Of a stretch of 40,944 bases of DNA, positions 37,485 through 40,944 are shown in pieces; the stretch's first letter is position 1; each line of letters opens with the position of its first letter. The translations under genes and the position numbers were made by a program. Below the pieces are notes generated by a model, which saw nothing but the letters and a program-made list of their open reading frames with translations, was not told where the DNA came from and searched no databases. The stretch is from sequence record DRR378314_462; one strand, written 5' to 3'.

Positions 37485-37513
37485 ATTTTAGAGGACCTCA
37501 TCAGACAGGTCAA
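37485..37513 (-). promoter_or_regulatory. Sigma70 promoter for the envelope operon
   Basis: Minus strand TTGACC-N17-TAAAAT. Confidence 0.7.
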
Positions 37514-37726
37514 CTTTGAGGGGAATAAGACACGCACCTACTCCACAAAGGCGACCTACCCATCGGGTAACATACATATAAACTAAAGAATATCAGTCGT
37601 TCATGGCATAAATTTGTTCGAGCATACTGGCCCTGTCAGGTCTATTTCAAATCTTTAAACGATGGCACAGCTTTAACAAGGCTGATCGCGGCCTAATTCT
37701 ATCCCATTAGAGAGTCAAACCTGCAC

Positions 37727-37754
37727 AAAAAAGGGCCCAAAAAAGGGCCCTTTT
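37727..37754 (-). terminator. Intrinsic terminator after the ABC permeases
   Basis: Minus strand AAAAGGGCCC-T6-GGGCCC-T6. Confidence 0.85.
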
Positions 37755-37781
37755 ATTCAGTCTTTAATAGAAGAAGCACCC

Positions 37782-38966
37782 TTATCCAGGAGATATTCCC
37801 CTAAGCCGTTCTGCGCGGCGTCTCAAAAATTCCAGCGTCGTCAACATCAGCACTGACAACACAACCAGTATAGTCGCCACAGCCAGAATGGTCGGGCTGA
37901 TTTGCTCCCGCAGACCTGTAAACATCTGCCACGGCAATGTTTTCTGCCCTGCCGAGCCGACAAAGAGAACCACAACCACCTCATCAAATGAAGTGATAAA
38001 GGCAAACAAACCACCGGAGACCACGCCTGGCAAAATCAGGGGCATCTGTACCCGGAAAAAGGTCGTGATCGGGTTCGCGCCCAGGTTGGCTGCCGCGCGT
38101 GTCAAGCTATGATCAAATCCAACAAGTGTGGCTGTCACCGTGATAATGACGAACGGTATGCCAAGAGCCGCATGGGCAAGTACGACGCCAACATATGTCC
38201 CCTGCAAACCAACCCGGCTGTAGAAGAAATACATGCCCGCTGCAGAGATGATTAACGGCATGATCATCGGAGAAATCAAGATCGCCATTATTGCCCGGCG
38301 AAAAGGAACAAACGGCTGGCTAAGACCGATCGCCGCTAGCGTGCCTAACGTAACAGATATGATTGTTGCCGCAGGTGCAATTGCAAAACTATTCTTGATG
38401 GCCCCTTGCCAATCGGAATTGGTAAAGAAATCTTCATAATGCTTTAGAGAATAGCCCGCAGGATCGAAGTTCAACATCTCTGGTGTGAATGTGAAAAAGT
38501 TCTCTGCATTAAAGCTGAGCGGCATCACTACGATAATCGGGGTAATCAGGAAAATGAAAATCGCCCAGCAAATAACAACGAAAGTGTGATGCCAAAGCAC
38601 TTGGCCAGTTGTCGCATAGGATGGAAGACGTCGCCGATATTCGCCTGTGGCGATCCAGAAGACAAACCAGTTGAAAACCCAACCAAAAATAACACCAATT
38701 ACCGCACCTGATATCTGCGCCTGCAAATACCCAAGAACAAGCCCAACTGCGAGCAGAACGAATTGGGATATCCGTTTCGACTTAATCAGCCGAACCATCA
38801 GGAAAGCAGCGATAGCGCCGACAACCAAACCCGCTGCAATGCCGACCAAGGGCATATTCTGGGTCATTCCAAACAGCAACCCAAATGCGGCTAGGAAGAA
38901 GGCGCCTCCGCCAGCGATTAACTGGTTCGTGGCGATGATTGCTTTTTCTTTTTTCAGTACGGTCAT
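37782..38966 (-). CDS. Polyamine-type ABC transporter permease (PotC-like) with extra N-terminal TM region
   Basis: FLITPIIVV.PLSF, SP.I.P.I, AH..LG.PFV, EAA-like LTRAAANLGA, F.TSFDEVV, TLP. Confidence 0.9.
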   Translation of the reverse strand: MTVLKKEKAIIATNQLIAGGGAFFLAAFGLLFGMTQNMPLVGIAAGLVVGAIAAFLMVRLIKSKRISQFVLLAVGLVLGYLQAQISGAVIGVIFGWVFNWFVFWIATGEYRRRLPSYATTGQVLWHHTFVVICWAIFIFLITPIIVVMPLSFNAENFFTFTPEMLNFDPAGYSLKHYEDFFTNSDWQGAIKNSFAIAPAATIISVTLGTLAAIGLSQPFVPFRRAIMAILISPMIMPLIISAAGMYFFYSRVGLQGTYVGVVLAHAALGIPFVIITVTATLVGFDHSLTRAAANLGANPITTFFRVQMPLILPGVVSGGLFAFITSFDEVVVVLFVGSAGQKTLPWQMFTGLREQISPTILAVATILVVLSVLMLTTLEFLRRRAERLRGISPG

Positions 38967-38970
38967 ATCC

Positions 38971-40524
38971 TCAGCCCCCCAGTTTGACGTTATCGATGCC
39001 GACAATTCGGTCATAAGCCCAATAGAGTAGCAGGACCACAAGCAGCAAAATGGTTCCGAGTGCGGCTGCAAGACCCCAGTTTAGTGAACTTGAAATGTGG
39101 TAGGCAATCCGGTTTGAAATAAAAGTGCCCGTTGTTCCACCAACAATTTCCGGTGTGATGTAATAGCCGATGGATAGAATAAACACTAGGATGGACCCAG
39201 CCCCGATACCTGGAACCGACAACGGGAAATAAACCCGCCAAAATGCAGTCCAATTGGTCGCCCCAAGTGACTTTGCCGCCCGGGTATAGGTCTCGGGAAT
39301 GGTTCGCATCACTGAGTAAAGCGGTAGGACCATGAAGGGTAATAGAATATGTGTCATGGCAACGATTGTACCAAACTGATTATTAATCAAAACCAGCCGT
39401 CCCGCTTCATCCACCAGATTAAGCCAGACCAGGGTATCATTAATGACGCCCTGCTGTTGCAGCATCACCTTCCAAGCTGAAGTTCGAACCAGCAACGAGG
39501 TCCAAAACGGCAAGAGGACCATGATCATCAGGAGATTGGCTTCGCGCGCGGGCCGGTTGGACATTAGCCATGCAATCGGATAACCGAGTAGGATCGCACA
39601 TCCGGTAATCACCATTGACATAAACAGGGTTCGCCCGAACAGAATCCCATAAATCCGTTCATTCTCAGGCCGAACCGAATAGCCGTCAAAATCCTTCTTC
39701 AGATCCGCAGCATTCAAGAAATAACCTTCAGTATATGTGGACGAGTAGGTTCGAAGCGTTTTCCACACATCCTCACTTAACCAGTCTTTATCAAATTTCT
39801 GAAATGCGGCTCTAAAATCCACAGTTTCAAAATCAGAGACAGCGTTGGCCGATTTCTGGATGAGGGCATTCCCGGCTGTATCGCCGGAGATTTGTCTCAT
39901 ATCATCGTAAAGAGCGACGAAGAGAAAATCTTCGAGCCCCTCTTCTTTGGGGACATCCCCATCTTCTATGACATACTCCTGCCAGGCTGAATAAGCCCAC
40001 ATCGCCCGGGGCAAGACGTCATTAACCGCATCATCCTCGGACAGCGTCTGCCAAGTTGCGTAGTCATTCCATTTGGGATCAATTGCTGCAAACTGGTCTC
40101 TGTATACTTCCACATCAAGGCGGCGAACCCGGCGCCCGGACTTACGGAATAACGAAGAAATACCTGTTTGCTCATAATTCAAGCGCGAGCCAAGGCGTGT
40201 ATGTTCTTTCTTTTCAGCAGCAACATACATATCCACGTAAAGCGCAGAAAACGTCGCCTGACCGGGAACGATCGGAGCTTTCTCCTCGTCCTCATCTATC
40301 ATCGCGACGGTTTGCGGCAGTGTTTCTTCGACGATCTTATTCTCTACAGATCGGAATAACATATCCGCAATGGGGGCAATAAAAGTAATTAGAATGAATG
40401 CCAGCAAAGGTGCAATCAGCATCAGAGCCCTAAATTTCTGCAGTCGCAATGACCGTTGCAAGCTGCGTTTTAGGGGCGTCCCGTCAGCTGCCAACACGGG
40501 ACCATCTTTGATCGTATCACTCAT
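38971..40524 (-). CDS. Polyamine-type ABC transporter permease (PotB-like) with large periplasmic insertion
   Basis: LLGYPIA, LPFWTSLLVRT.AW, HILLPFMVLPLY, RAAKSLGA, G.YITP..VGG, NWGLAAAL. Confidence 0.92.
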   Translation of the reverse strand: MSDTIKDGPVLAADGTPLKRSLQRSLRLQKFRALMLIAPLLAFILITFIAPIADMLFRSVENKIVEETLPQTVAMIDEDEEKAPIVPGQATFSALYVDMYVAAEKKEHTRLGSRLNYEQTGISSLFRKSGRRVRRLDVEVYRDQFAAIDPKWNDYATWQTLSEDDAVNDVLPRAMWAYSAWQEYVIEDGDVPKEEGLEDFLFVALYDDMRQISGDTAGNALIQKSANAVSDFETVDFRAAFQKFDKDWLSEDVWKTLRTYSSTYTEGYFLNAADLKKDFDGYSVRPENERIYGILFGRTLFMSMVITGCAILLGYPIAWLMSNRPAREANLLMIMVLLPFWTSLLVRTSAWKVMLQQQGVINDTLVWLNLVDEAGRLVLINNQFGTIVAMTHILLPFMVLPLYSVMRTIPETYTRAAKSLGATNWTAFWRVYFPLSVPGIGAGSILVFILSIGYYITPEIVGGTTGTFISNRIAYHISSSLNWGLAAALGTILLLVVLLLYWAYDRIVGIDNVKLGG

Positions 40525-40576
40525 TCTTCAATCGCCACTCTATTATTCTAAACAATAATCGGTGTCTCAATCTGAG

Positions 40577-40608
40577 AAAAAAAGAGAGCGGGCACTAGAC
40601 CCGCTCTC
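40577..40608 (-). terminator. Intra-operon stem-loop/terminator after the substrate-binding protein gene
   Basis: Minus strand GAGAGCGGG-7 nt-CCCGCTCTC followed by T7. Confidence 0.8.
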
Positions 40609-40616
40609 CTTCTATC

Positions 40617-40944
40617 TTATTTTGCCAACCAAGCTTGGAATTTCGCGTCAATATCATCGCGATAATCAGCCCAGAACTCATAGTTATAGAGGAATGTGTT
40701 CTTGGCATTCTCAGGATCTGTTGGCATATGTGGAGCCATGTCGATACCCATTTCAGCGTGCTTTCCAACCAGCGGCGCGGAAGATTTCCGAGCTGGGCCG
40801 TAGGAAATATATTTTGCCTGATCCGCCAGACGTTGAGTGTCTGTTGCGAATTTCAGGTAATCCATCACACGTGCTTTACGCTCTGGGCTCAGACCAGCGG
40901 GAACGATCCAACCATCAAGGTCAAACACCTGTGCGTCCCACAGC
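40617..40944 (-). CDS. Polyamine-type ABC substrate-binding protein (PotD/PotF-like), 3' part
   Basis: LWDAQVFDLDGWIVP...YISYGPARKS...FWAD..D.I..KFQAWLA*; open to the window edge. Confidence 0.88.
   Translation of the reverse strand, partial: LWDAQVFDLDGWIVPAGLSPERKARVMDYLKFATDTQRLADQAKYISYGPARKSSAPLVGKHAEMGIDMAPHMPTDPENAKNTFLYNYEFWADYRDDIDAKFQAWLAK

Noticed and set aside
37485-37510. Hammerhead ribozyme core (CTGATGA on the minus strand)
   Set aside because: No stem II followed by GAAA; the stretch is better explained as the spacer of a sigma70 promoter.
37514-37726. sRNA, riboswitch or sigma54 promoter in the long intergenic region
   Set aside because: No recognisable riboswitch or strong structure by eye, and TGGCAC at ~37663 lacks the -12 TTGC. 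An Rfam/Infernal scan would be needed to exclude an RNA.
37727-37750. Direct repeat AAAAAAGGGCCC x2 as a CRISPR or mobile-element end
   Set aside because: It is simply the two arms of a terminator with a self-complementary GGGCCC stem.
6-40558. Numerous short antisense or out-of-frame ORFs in the track (e.g. 1573-2124, 20133-20684, 30414-30971, 31543-32136)
   Set aside because: They overlap well-supported genes and show no recognisable motifs; treated as shadow ORFs.

Overview
This is a gene-dense chromosomal window (~50% GC by eye) that looks marine-alphaproteobacterial. That taxonomic call is an inference from gene content (TRAP, DUF1194, DUF2798, expanded Pot-type permeases, RegA-like box). 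Left to right: the 5' end of nikR, divergent from a HupE/UreJ nickel transporter with a perfect NikR operator; a PQQ sugar dehydrogenase; a LysR-linked ALDH/lactonase/beta-hydroxyacid dehydrogenase/TcuA-like catabolic operon; several single genes including a MobA-like hydroxybenzoate monooxygenase; cydDC-cydABX; an XRE-cupin-linked DauA-like/TRAP/MlrC/hydrolase/cyclodeaminase-family operon; an EamA transporter; an 8-gene envelope operon; and part of a polyamine-type ABC transporter. The most striking element is the operon at 29170-37513 (minus strand). It encodes a MotA/TolQ/ExbB-family subunit and two paralogous ExbD/MotB-like Asp-bearing subunits fused to coiled-coil + vWA (MIDAS) domains. 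It also encodes a PEGA/FGE-fold protein, a TPR-like membrane-anchored protein, a glycine-zipper lipoprotein, a secreted low-complexity protein, and an unannotated 47-aa signal-peptide microprotein ending in FPVDI. No mobile elements, CRISPR arrays, rRNAs or tRNAs were seen. All family calls come from recognising motifs by eye; no searches were run.
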